Source: Marsupella aquatica (taxonomy: Eukaryota > Plantae > Marchantiophyta). From it: DNA of 64,000 bases. The notes beneath the pieces were generated by a model. The model saw only the letters and a program-made list of their open reading frames with translations, ran no database searches and had not been told where the DNA came from. Below, one piece after another: positions 51,755-64,000 of the stretch (the stretch's first letter is position 1; each line of letters begins with the position of its first letter). The stretch covers positions 21,967,722 to 22,031,721 of the forward strand of contig OZ316896.1 of assembly GCA_973895155.1 (NCBI GenBank). The letters run 5' to 3'. The position numbers and the translations under genes are program-made.

Positions 51755-54700
51755 ATGGAAATTTTGGATATGGAACTCGTTAGGCTGCACTCCACAGCCA
51801 GGTACGATTGATTTTGTGTCATTTGTTGGATTATGATGTGATCAAACGACCTTGAATGCATTCTCAACAAAGACGTCTGATTTGCAGAGTTCATCCTTCA
51901 TCTTCCGGTTTGATTGGTCTGGGTATCAGCCATTGTTCTTGTACAAGGCCTTCAGGTAATGAGACTGAAGAGCGATTTCAACGTTATGCGTACCTACTAT
52001 TAAGCAGAAACTCTTGTTCCAGCACTACGGTGACATTTATAGTTGCGTGAACTTCCTGCTATGGGGCTTGTGTGATGAAGACTTGAATTGAACTTGAAGT
52101 TTGATTCTTGGGCGGGGGGCGGGGGTTCTCTCGATGGATTGTGTAAGAGCCAATTTAAAGAATGCTGCATAGGCTTAGTTCTGAGTTGTAGGAGAGGGAC
52201 GGGTAGCGCTTTCACATTCATGTCATGTGTGTCTAGTTAAGGATCTCTACAGATGCTGGCTAGGGTTTTTTGTGAATTGTAGTCGCTTTTCAAAAACCTG
52301 AGATTCTGGTTGTGTATAGCATAGAAAGGACAGTGGAGGAAACGTAGAACTGAACGCCTGTCAATGTGTCATAAGAGTCTATCCTATGCAAACCTCAAGG
52401 TTAACATGTGACTCCTGCCTGAAGGTTTTCAGTGCCCTTTTTTTTATCCTGTTGACTCTGTCCTTTCTGTGGTTACAATGAATAACAAGAGTATGAACAA
52501 GCTAATTGATACTTGAGCTACCTAGATCTGCCTTTCACAATTATTTCAGTATTCTATTCTAAGATCATTGCATTCTTGACAGATAGCCGTTACTCTCAGC
52601 TGAAAAGGAGTCATACAACTTTTGCAAGTTGTCTTTACCAAATATCACAGCGGAGCAAGGGAGACAAGAAAATACATATATGGACGGAGGTAGGAATGCA
52701 CCCTAGAACTCCCGAGACTTACCGGTCTTCTATCTATATCTGAACATTCATTGTAGAAAGATCGTTGGGAAGCATAGTCCTCAAGAAATAATTTCAAATT
52801 CATTGCACTGCGTGGAATGTCCTGGATTTTATCCTGGTACCAGATCTGATCGTGCGTTGTGGTGCTGACAGACGAAGCCCAGAGCACTTGAGTTCAATCA
52901 TAAGATGACAAGGAAAGTACTTTGGGTGGATGGATGGTCAACTCCTGCATGGGTTAAGCCAAGGGCGAATGTGATTACTCACTGCAGCTTTCAATCTCAT
53001 GTTAGTTATGACACGAGAGATCGGTCTCAAGTCACGACAAAAGGGACTGGCAGTAGGCATATGCATGAAACAATTGCTGTTTTGAAAGATCGTCTACAGC
53101 GAGGCATTCCTACAGACTCGTACACATATGTTAGAGTTCTGCACATGTGCTCGCAACGGAAAGACCTTTCAGCAGCCAAGCAGATTCACGATTGCATCAT
53201 CGAGAGTGGAATTCATAAACATTCATATGTGGCAATCACACTCTTGAATGTGTACATAAAATGCGGAGGATTGTTAGATGCACGCCGAGTTTTTGATCAA
53301 CTTAAGAAGAAGAGTGTTAAAACTTGGAATGCGATGATAGCAGGATATGCTAACAGTAAGCATGCTGAATCTGTATCAGACCTTTTTAATCAAATGCTCC
53401 AAGAAGGCGTGCAGCCTAATGAGATGACATATTTGAGTATCCTGAAAGGATGTGCCAGCCCATTAGCTCTAACACGTGGAAAAGAAATTCATGAGCGTAT
53501 TCGACATGCCGGCTTCGAATCAGACGTGCGTGTAGGGACTGCCCTCCTACGGATGTACGCAAAATGTGAGTGCATCACTGAGGCAAGGATAGTTTTTGAG
53601 AAGTTGACCAATCGAGATGTCATTACATGGAATGTTATGATTGGAGCATGTGCAGAACGTGGTGATGGTTTGGAAGCATATCGACTGTTCCTTCAAATGA
53701 GACGGGAAGGCTTCGAACCAGATGCAATCACTTATCTGAGCATCCTGAATGCATCTGCAAGTGCGGGGGCTTTGGAGTGGGTGAAGGACGTTCATGGCCA
53801 CGCTAGCAAAGCCGGACTGGAGTCGGATTTGCGTGTAGGCAGTGCACTCATCCACATGTATGCACAGGGTGGCAGTATAGATGACGCCCGACTAGTTTTT
53901 GATAGAATGGAGAAACGCGATGTATTCACATGGAATTTAATGATCGGTGGACTTGCACAACATGGATGTGGCCATGAAGCATATCGACTGTTTCTCGAAA
54001 TGCGACGTGAAGGCTTCGAACCAAATACATTCACATATGGGAGCATCCTGAATGCATCTGCAAGTGAGGGGGCTTTGGAATGGGTGAAGGCAGTTCATGG
54101 CCATGCTAGCAAAGGGGGACTGGAGTCAGAGTTGCGTGTGGGCAGTGCACTGGTTCACATGTATGCAGAGTGTGGCAGTATAGCTGACGCCCGACTTGTT
54201 TTTAACAGAATGGAGAAACGCGATGTAGTCACATGGAACATAATGATCGGTGGACTTGGGCAACACGGCTATAGCCAGGAAGCCCTGGAACTTTTCAGAA
54301 AAATGAATGCAGACCATGTGAAGCCCATCGAGACGTCATTCGTAGCTGTGTTGTCAGCCTGTTCTCATGGTGGCCTTATTGATGATGGCCGTAGAATCTT
54401 TTCAGCTATGACGCAAGATTATGGTATCGAGCGTAATGTTGTTCACTATAACCTCATGGTGGATATTCTTGGGCGGGCGGGATACGTAGAGGAAGCAAAG
54501 CAGTTCATCAGTGAGATGCCGATCGAACCAGATGACGTGACTTGGACAGCCTTGCTTGGGGCTTGTAGAACTTACGGTAACGTGGAGCTCGGCGAACTGG
54601 CCGCTAACGAGCTTTTCAAGTTGAAACCCGGTAAGGCTTCTACATATGTGCTGCTCTCCAATATCTATGCTGCAGCTGGGAAGTGGGCGAAGGTGTCAAC

Positions 54701-55148
54701 TGTGCGCACTATGATGCAAGAGAGAGGTGTTCGGAAAGAGCCAGGGCGCAGCTGGATTAAGGTTGACAACCAGATTCATGAATTTGTTGTGGGGGATACA
54801 TCTCACCCAGAAGCGAAGGCAATATATACTGAGTTGAATAAATTGAGTGAAAAACTGAAGGCTGAAGGCTACATTCCAGATACCCGGCTTGTGTTGCATG
54901 ATATGAATGAGGAGGATAAAGAGCTAGCTCTTTGTTGTCATAGTGAGAAGTTGGCTATTGCTTACGGACTTATGCACCTACCTTGGGGAGAACCAATTCG
55001 TGTAAGTAAGAACCTTCGGGTGTGTTCAGATTGCCACTCAGCAACCAAGTACATCTCTAAGGTGACCGGACGCGAGATTATTGCGAGGGATGCAAATCGG
55101 TTCCACCATTTTAAAGATGGAATATGTTCTTGTGGTGATTACTGGTGA
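51755..55148 (+). CDS. PLS-class DYW-type PPR protein (organellar C-to-U editing factor); exons 51755-51801, 51888-51955, 52583-52689, 52872-55148
   Basis: 14 PPR motifs (L-S-P-L-S-P-L-S-P-L-S-P2-L2-S2), E domains, PG box KEPGRSW, HSEKL..KNLRVCSDC..HHFKDGICSCGDYW. The 747-aa ORF is certain; the three upstream exons are inferred from phase-perfect GT-AG joins. Confidence 0.93.
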
Positions 55149-58113
55149 ACCCAGATTGAAAGCTGTGTTGGGCTGGCTGGAAAGTGACTTAAAGCAGTAC
55201 TACTGGCAGCGCAGATACGATCAGGTTTTCGTTGCTGCAATTCTGTAACATTAATTTTGAGATTTTGCAATTTGGGGTTGTAAGTAGCCGTCGTCTGGCT
55301 GAAAGAAATTTTCATGTAAGACAAATGCTCCGAGAGCTTAGTTTAGATGCGCGAAATCAAGCGCTTGGCTTGATGTGTAGAAACTTCTTTTCATATCTTC
55401 GTCAAATTTGGTCTTTAGATTACAAGAAGGGTTTGCATACAGTAGTTGCCTTGCCGTGAACATGGTACTGGAAGGGAACTCATACGGCTACCAGGAGACG
55501 GTAAAATTAAGGGCAGGAAGATAAAAGCGGCTACTTCACGATATCGTGCCAATTCTGGTTTTAAGCTACCGCATACTTGTTTCATGGCTTTCAACTGAGC
55601 CGTAGAACCAACGCCGGAGCTTTATTGGTTCCATTAGCAAGGGGGGTGTAGCCGATCGAAGAGCGAGAATAAGCTAGTCAGTGAGAACAGCTCTACTTTC
55701 TACTTGTAGCTAGACCGTCTTCAAAATCATTTTGTAGCTAGACCGAGCAGAATAGAACATTAAGCAATCAGTTTCAGAGTTCATTGACTTGTAGAGGAAG
55801 CCTTTCGCTCTCAGACTCCAGATCTTATACAGCTTAATGATGCAGGTTGAAGGTTAGACATTTCAATTCTAGTAAGGGGGATTGTCAACCAGGGCAGAGG
55901 CGGACGTGATCGTGTTGGTGTCCTTGCGAAGGCACCAGTAGATCCTCTCGATCAAAGAGAAATAGGCTATGAAGAAAGCGAGTCTCACAAAGCAAAAGAT
56001 GGATCAGAGGCATCTTACTGGGCCGAAGTAGATCTCAGTAGCTCAGGAATTACAAGGCGGAAAGACTGGCCTCCTGGGATAGTTGTCGCAAAACTGACTC
56101 AGAGACAGACTCTGATGCCTACAAGAGACCCCTTGAAACACTCTCATTTTTCAACTTGTAAATAGCAAATCCAACAACAGAGGCGGTCGTGTCCCCTCAA
56201 TGTCTTTTCTCTTTTCGGATCTTGATATATAGTTTTCAGATTTTGAATAGCAATCGTCTGGGATTCCACAAAGTTTCCAATTATTGGCAATGAACCCTGA
56301 GGGAGAAATAAATTTTGTTTTAATTCTGATCTCCTAAACCCTGAACCTTGACATGTTGAGGCCAGTACATTGAAGTGACTCTTCTGCACGGGCTTGTAGG
56401 ATTTCAGAAAGAGTTTGAGACGACCAGCGTTTTCTAAGCTACCAAATCTCCGGTATAGCCTTATGGTATTCAGTTTAAATTACATGCGAAGAGAAAAGGA
56501 ACGGCCTCAGATGTTTTTACCAACGCGACCAAAAATAGTATGTTAAGGTTGACTTGCTTCACCAGAAAACGATGAACTATTTCGAACTGACGTTCACCAT
56601 AAGTTTCTCGCTTGGTATTGCAGGCTTTGGGCTTCCCAATGCCTCAGTTTGACCATGTATCACTGATACTTGCTTCGGATCGAAGTAAGGTATCGAAGAG
56701 GCGCGGCGCGACGTCCGTGGGACAGGCAAGGTAGATTCTCACTTTGTTTTCCACAGTTGAAATGTAGTCACAATCGTAATTGCTACTTGTAAAGATATCT
56801 AACAACTCACTTGGACACTTGAGAAAGCCAGCTTCGTTTATTTGGCTGCATGGATGTTTGCTGCACTCGTGCCTTGAATCAGCCGCAGCCCTTGGACTCC
56901 TTTTTTCACTTCAGTCTTTGTATATACACATCCTCTTAACCGTATGGGAGGGGAGATACAAAAAGGAAACCCGGCATCAACGTAGTTTGGATATGTTTGC
57001 AGTTTAAGAAGACGAGATATCTGCCACAAGCTATGGTCAAATTACTTAGCTCTTCTTGGTTGGAACGATGGTTTGGAGTAAATTTTCCCCATTGAACGTC
57101 AGTTCATTCTTGATTAGGTAAAAGTCTCTGGCCTATGGTTCTGCTTGTTCTTTCTACCATGCATGTCTTCTGTCTCATTGCTTGTGAATATTAAGAGATT
57201 ATGTTGTAGGACAATTCTCTGTGGAGACTTCAGTAAGATAAACAGTTTCTACCATATGCACTGCAAATATCTGAAGTGTCATGCGCTGTGCAGTTGAAGA
57301 ATATTCTATTGCTCGGGTTGCGAAGAGTGAAGCAATTTTTGATAACACAAAGTTGGGATACGTGTCTTCCTTTCCTTCCTTGTCCGAAGAAGATAGTTTT
57401 TCTCCTGTGAATAGAATGGTTTTCAACCGCTAAAAAGGTGTGGCTTGACTCTTGTAAATAACAACTATTGTTTGAATGGAGCAGATGGATGAATGGACAA
57501 CATTTGGGGGCTCGTCCTGTTGAAGATGTGAGCAGGATGTTGGGTGAGCAGTGGGTGAATCGGGTTGTTTTAAAAAGGCTGAACGGCTTTGGCCGCTCGC
57601 TTCCCCGCGGACCAACGAGACCATTCAAATACAAGAAAGGTGAACCCCTTTCAACTGAAAGCAGAGAACACAACAAACAAGGACACCGGGTTAGTTCCAA
57701 CGACTTACACCAACGGCATATAACATGAGTAAAGAAAACCAAAAACAACGTAAGGTAATGACACGTGGTGAGAGCACAGGCTAAGACTCGCGGCATATTA
57801 CATGAGTAAGAAGTAACCGGAGAACTCTAAGAACAGGTAGCAGTCGATCACACGAGTATCCTGTCACAGACTTGGTGGCTTTCCCTGCAATTCATTCCCA
57901 TTTCTCCAAACGGAATGCTAGCCTAGCTCTTCATAAACATTTATGATTTCATCGCCCGATTCCCAGTCGACATGAACGATTCCCTGATTTACAGTTATAG
58001 AGAGAGCCCATATTTACTTTGACTACCTCGAATCCAGAAGGACACCCTTCAACATCAAGACCGTTCCGAACATATGGACAATGGACACCAGGATAAAGGA
58101 GGAAACATCAAAC

Positions 58114-60510
58114 TTATTCTTCAATGGTTCGTGAATTTAACCACGATCTCAGGGCACTTTCACGCAATGCTTTATGAACATAAGAATGTACATCTAGCAC
58201 TTTGAGCCTTCGAATACTAGTCAATGAGCTGCCCTCCTTGCCCTCAACGCTCTCTGTGGGAGATTCGAGGTTCTCTATGCTTCTGGGCTGTTCCTCAGAT
58301 TCTACGAGCTCTGTCATCTGACTTGTGAGTGGAACTGTGACACTTGTGGTCATCCGGGATACTTGATCCGAAGCACATCTCCCAGAATCAATGGTATTAC
58401 CTTCCATCTCTGAACTTACTACTCCCAGATCTTGAAGACAGTTGGTTGAGTTCCATTGATCCACATTTGATGGCTGTACGAGAAGTTTTGATTGCTGCAG
58501 ACCGATTCGTTGCTTATTCTTCTCCAAACGTTCACGTAGACGCTTTTGATTTTCAGGTTTAAGTAGCGTTTCAACAGCATCTGAAAGAAGCTCTACCACC
58601 TCATTTCTGTTCAAGTAGGATCCTTTGTCATCAACGCTACTCGCAAATATCAGAAACTTCCTTTCCGTTCTCAAACATTTGAGATCGAAGACTGAGGTTC
58701 TCACGCCCTTGCTGGGAAACCTTCGGAGTTTGAGACCTCGACCTTGCTTCTGCCAAGTAAGAAAAAATGCTCTCAGTACCTATGAAATCGACCCCGATGG
58801 GGATCATGAACAGGGGGACAGAGTAGCCAGGTTTTAATGACATAAATCAGGAAAGATCACTCAGTCAATTGGAAAATGGGATTCTAAACAACTCGTTTTC
58901 GATTCACTTGTAGAGAACACTGAAAACTTGCACTCCTTCACTGAAACCCCAACCTGTTGAAGCTGTTTTCTATGTTTTTCTCCTGCCAAAAGCGGCCATG
59001 TAGGGTGTTCATGAAGAACAGCTGGTTCATGAAGAACAGCACCCCAAACCTATCCGACTTTAACTAGACGACAACATCAGTACAAAAATCACCTGAGAAT
59101 GTCATGGCCAACACAGTAGCTGCATGAGAAATAGCTTCTTCCTGACTACGTGAAGAGGCATTGGACACGGCTCACAACAATCAAATTAGTATTCTCTAAA
59201 CACTCGAGCATTACGATGAGAGTCTCCGCTGATGGTAGGACAGGAGGACGACGGGGCTACCTGGTGCTTCTACTAGAGAGCAAAATTCTATGAAATTCGT
59301 TCTACTCTCCAAATCGCTCATCGTCTATTGAAGAGACTGTCGTCCCATCTTCCCCAGCTCGTGCAAATGTCATTAAATCTATGACGCCGTCTAAATCAGG
59401 GCGCAATTTCATAAAGTTCGATCGACTACCCGCATTTGATATTCAAAATTAGTTTCATTGTACAATGCTGCATTCTCGTAGACATACGACAGCTGAGGAC
59501 GATGCATACTGCTAGGGGAAGTCTCGGCATGTCTGAGACATGTATAGCACTCTAAATTCGAAAATAAGAAGTTGATTTCTTGTGGGAACTATCTTCGACA
59601 GCTAAAGCAGGTCCCGAACGGTCTCTCTAAGCAGTGACATATCATTATCTAGAATAGAAGGCAGCAGTTCAAGTCAGTCACTCCTCGATTGGAACATGGA
59701 CGCCAGGTTTCGGGTTCCAGGCTTGGACCAAAGGAGTGGTGTTGAAAAGACCCACAACACGGAACCCAATTGGTGTAATTTCGAACAACTAGAGAAACCT
59801 CGCGAGTCACAGTCGTCTCCCTACCTCTCTTCCCTTTCCAATTCCACGGTAATGGTGCCCAATGACTCCAAAATTAGGGCACCGCACGATCCACAAAAGT
59901 ATTTATCAGCTCAAATTCATTCAATCGAATGTGATTTCAGTGTTTGCCCCGTAGTAAGGATAACTGTGGCTAAGGATCGAATTCGGCTCACACCAATTGA
60001 TTTCCCAACTACATGTGGCTTCGGAATCCACTGCCTCCGAGAGTTAAAATGAGGTTAATTCTCCAAAAACAAAACCAATTGCAGGATTACAAAATAGCAC
60101 ACACAAGCGATCCTGTTGCTCTCGAAGCAACGAAAGGAGTTATGTCCGAGCAATTCCAGCAAATTAACACAAAATTGAGGTCAATTGCCAGAAAAGAATC
60201 CCATGCCTATCGCAACCTTTCAGGTTCTTATTTCAGTGTCTATCTGTACAATTGTGGCCGAATGGTATCCGCTGGAAGGATTCTTCACGGAATTGACCAG
60301 AGAAAGTAATCCAGAGGAGCGACTCACCGGCTGCTTCAGCTCGGATGCTGATCCGCTGCAGCAAGAGCAGCAGATTTTGGTGTGTTGGGTTGCAACACAG
60401 AGTCTCGTTGGTGTAAGACTTGAAGGGCGCTTCCCGTCTGGCCCCATCTTCAGAAACATCGAAGAGCTTTCGACCAGGATCACCATCTGGGCGCTTGCTG
60501 ACATTAGATT
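58114..60510 (-). pseudogene. Unidentified multi-exon gene, probably pseudogenised
   Basis: Exons 59390-59261, 59141-59093, 58953-58908 and 58779-58114 splice in phase (MSDLESRTNFIEFCSLVEAPGRSYFSCSYCVGHDILRLGFQ*RSASFQCSLQVLRAFFLTWQ...) with one TGA. Further exon-like blocks at ~59690-59910 and ~60328-60510. Confidence 0.45.
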
Positions 60511-60768
60511 GTCTCTCTGGCGGGTGAGAAACCGATTCAATTTCTTGGAAGAAACAGATCTCGATGATTGTGCACGACGTCCAGAGCTTTTGTAGGTATA
60601 GTTAAGGAGGGAGAGTGTACCAAATTGAAGTTACCTAGGAGAGCAATAATTTATCTGGCAAATCAAACCACTGTAATATCCTCTCCTGTCATTTCATCCC
60701 TTCCCCTTCTCTGTTTACAAAATGCATCGGGCTAGGAAGCAAATCAAACCAGTGTAATATCCTCTCCT

Positions 60769-61118
60769 AACCAGTTGGCTTAGGTCAATTGGCCAAGGGG
60801 TTTGCTCGAACTGAGAGGTCCCGGGTTCAATCCCCCTCCACACACTCGGGTGTGGAGTGTATATGTGTGTGGTGTGGAGTGTATATGTGTGTAGGTGGGA
60901 TGGGTTTTGTGGGTAGTGGATTGGAATTCTGATTATCTGCTCGGCCCCTGGTCATACACTTTGTGGCCCTGATGTAATCCTCTCTCCTTCCTGGTGCGGG
61001 TCCCTGTCGGATCCGTTGGGGCTCACCCTGGTCTAGGTTCCCTACAGAAAAACTGTCACATTGGGATGAGGGGAGTCTAGTTGCATTTCCTCCCCATTTC
61101 CATTCCAGACAAAAAAAA
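60769..61118 (+). mobile_element. tRNA-derived SINE
   Basis: A-box-like TAGGTCAATTGG, B-box GGGTTCAATCCC, A8 tail, TSD GTAATATCCTCTCCT (60754-60768) / GTAATATATCCTCTCTT (61119-61135). Confidence 0.85.
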
Positions 61119-61216
61119 GTAATATATCCTCTCTTGTCATTTCAACCCTTTCCCTCCGTTTACAAAATGCATCGGGCTAGGAAGCAATCCTGGCCATTGC
61201 TGAAGTCCCATGTTCG

Positions 61217-62076
61217 TTAGATAAAAAAAAATCCTCCTATTCCCCCAACCCTAAACCTGGAGCCCTCCCTCCATAATGTGCCTTCCCACCTTGGAGCTCC
61301 CTCACTTAGGGAGGGGGAGGAGAGAAAGGGAAAGGAGAGGAGAGGGGGAAAAGGGAAAAAGAAGGAAAAAATGACTATAAAAAACAAAATTGTCCCCCTC
61401 ATAGGGCGCACTGCCATGGGACCCTATGACCACCAAGGCCATCTCTTGCGCCCTCCCACAAGCTTGCCCTCCCCAACAACATTGCTTTCACAACAACATC
61501 GACCAATATGACAATGTTTTAATAGCAACAATCACTCAACCAAAATGACTACACGCGACACAGCTGAAACAACAACACCTTTGAATTTCACAGTTACATG
61601 GCCGTAATGACAACCCAATTGAATTCCACAACCACAACATGGCAGCAATGACAACCTTGCCATAACGACAACACAATAACAATGATAATAGTGCAATGAT
61701 GGGGCATTGGGCTCAAAGGTTTGGGTTTCTGCTAAAAGATTATCCTTTTGGTCAATATTGTTGTTGCAAAGGTAATGTTGCTAGGGAGGGTGAGGGCACA
61801 GGAGGGCACAGGGAGTGCACAACAGGTGGTTGGGGCATCACAGAGTCGGGCGCAGAGTGTTAGGTGTGGTTATGCTGCCCTATCTGAAGGGAGAGGATTT
61901 TTCCTTTTTTCATCCACCTTTTTCCTGGTTTTTTCCCTCCCATGTGCCCTTCCTCCCTCACTTATCTCTCTCCTTCAGTATTCCCTTCCTTCCTTCCTCC
62001 CTCCTTTCATGTAGTTTTTCTTCCCTCCAACAAAATTAATAGGAAAACAGAAAATAGGGAGGAAATAATAAACTTA
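61217..62076. mobile_element. Possible foldback (MULE-like) non-autonomous element
   Basis: GA-rich left arm mirrored by CT-rich right arm; tcctcctatt vs aatagggagga near the ends. Confidence 0.3.
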
Positions 62077-62107
62077 AACCAAAAGCAATACAAAATTCAC
62101 TCATTGC

Positions 62108-62481
62108 TATTAGGCATTTACTCTTAGGTCTAGGGTTACAACTGTAACTGTAGTTAGGGCTGACATTAGTCACACACTAGGCTACGTTAACTAGGTTGCA
62201 CATTATATCCCAAACATTGTTTGCTTGGATAGGAGGAACTTAGGCTCAGGCTTAGGCTCATTGTTACAAAGCCAGTTGAGAGATAAAGAGATCTTGTATT
62301 GCGAAGACTCGGTATGGCCGACCGACTAGAGTGCAGTAAAGCTCTCGTGTGTTCTCGTTGACGTAGCCTTAGCTGAGGTGAACCACATATCTCTCTGTGT
62401 TGACTACTTATGCGTCGGATATTCATGGGCTTGCTGTTGTGAATGTAGTCTTTGTTTGCTTTATGTACAGTATAGCCAACA
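62108..62481 (+). mobile_element. Copia-like LTR related to 10664-11007
   Basis: Shares ggaacttaggctca..ctagagtgcagtaaagctct..gacgtagcct..gaggtgaaccacatatctctct..ttcatgggcttgc and ends CCAACA. Left boundary uncertain, no TSD. Confidence 0.7.
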
Positions 62482-64000
62482 CAGGTACCTTGTATTACCA
62501 TAGATTTGAAGCAATTACATCGGTCCCTTGGACATCCCCTTTTGCTCAATTCAAGGGTGTCAAAAAATGTAGAATACAGGATAAATTACATAAAGGCAGG
62601 TTTGTTGTTTACTCCTTCAGTCATTCAAGTTTGTTAACAGACCTTGGGAATGATAGATTTTGGAGGTTTGTTTATTTACTATATCTAGTGGTTGATTTTG
62701 GAGCATTCCCTTATGATAGTGGTTGATCTTCTAGGCTTCCCAAACTAGTGTGTGCTCCTTTGTGTTTTAAATCCAGGCCTGGTAGTATTATTTGTCACTT
62801 TTAGTTTACCTTCCACACAAACTAAGGCTCTTAGCCTCTTTCGCTCTAATAGTTACATCTTGGCAGCTCTTAAGCTGAATAGATTCTTCCATCATTGTGA
62901 TATTCTTGCAATTTCTTATTCCCAAGCGACTCAAAACTTTGGCCACAATTTGTCATTCAATTTTCATCGGGCTGGATTATTATTTTGTGATTAATGTAAA
63001 GACTGAAGAAATATCTTCTGCGCGCAAACTCAGTGAGTCTTTAGACAATGATTGAGAGTAGACAATGATGGAAAATTCAATTAAAAAAAGAAATAGACAA
63101 TGATGGAAGAGAGTCTTTTTTTAATTGAATTTTTGTAAAATAGACACTGCTACCCTGAAAACAAAATTTTACTTTGTATTTGAAACCACCTTATCCAAGA
63201 GAGGGACATGATCATGGAGTTGTCCAGAGTACTTACTAGGTCCTTGAGGGCATTCTCACCTGCATTCTCACTTTGTCACATCCTAATTTGGAAAATTTTG
63301 TGTCCTAAATGCAAAGGTATAGGAGTCTAGTAATGCCCTCTCGCAAGCTAGGGCATGTCCTCAATAAAACCTGAGGTGCTGGTTAGGTGATTCACATGTG
63401 TGCCCAAAGCTTTCAGATCCCTTTTTAAAGCCAACTCTTTAATTACTCATAATGGCTTCATATTCAAATGAATTGACCACACCAAGTTTTATTTTAGTCT
63501 ACTAAATTTAAATTTGTACTTTTGAACTCAGAGAATCCAAAGATGAAACTTGAAGAAAAAACCAGTGTTGAACATTTTGATGTGGGAAAAAACTCCCAGA
63601 AAATTTTGGTCTTGAAAAGCCCAAATTAATTATATGTTTTTCTAAAATAGCGGTCTACAGCCAAACTAGCCAGTGTTTTGGGATTTTATAAAAAGAAATT
63701 GGATTTTCCTAATAAAATTTGCACCATTTAGGATATTTTGAAGCAGACGTGGAAAAAGGAGAAAACCCAATTTTGTCAAATATTAGTTTTCATTAATATA
63801 TCCAACCTTTTAAGTCCATATAAGATGTAGGCTCATGTCTATCATACAAGGTCTGAGCTAAGTACCTGGCTGGTTTTAAGATCAGGTAAGAGCTAGAAAT
63901 ATAACAGGCAGCTGCCTAGTAAGGACAACCCCACTTTGATAGTCTACATTTGGGCTAATTAAATCAGGAGAAAGATCAAACTTAGATTTGTTCTAACATC

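Larger units (their letters stand above)
49950..57590 (+). pseudogene. Organellar (bacterial-type) glutamyl-tRNA synthetase pseudogene, split by ~6 kb containing the PPR gene
   Basis: Exon relics: [26 protein letters not shown] (50112-50197); KGGECGPYRQAERNEIYK (50411-); [34 protein letters not shown] (56624-56725); YLPQAMV/NYLALLGWNDG (57003-); ARVAKSEAIFDNTKL; WMNGQHL (57485-). Frameshifts, a stop, a GT-to-AT donor and missing exons. Confidence 0.9.

Noticed and set aside
58938-58940. Selenocysteine or readthrough TGA
   Set aside because: Land plants lack the Sec machinery, and other lesions nearby favour pseudogenisation.
60771-60845. tRNA gene
   Set aside because: A and B boxes are present but there is no cloverleaf or acceptor stem; body, A tail and TSD indicate a SINE.

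Overview
Eukaryotic nuclear DNA from a land plant, most likely a moss or other bryophyte (inferred from the PPR repeat style, GT-AG introns and TTTAGGG-type repeats). Five apparently intact spliced genes: a CASP-like membrane protein (-), a CYP85-clan cytochrome P450 (+), an uncharacterised 5-exon protein (+), Integrator subunit 9 (-) and a PLS-DYW PPR RNA-editing factor (+). The PPR gene sits inside a broken organellar glutamyl-tRNA synthetase pseudogene and has three small upstream coding exons missed by the ORF track. The window also holds a near-full-length but mutated CRE-type (restriction-like endonuclease) non-LTR retrotransposon, a tRNA-derived SINE, Copia-like solo LTRs, several TIR elements, two decayed local copies of the INTS9 3' end and two unidentified decayed spliced genes. 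All calls come from reading the sequence by eye; no searches were run.
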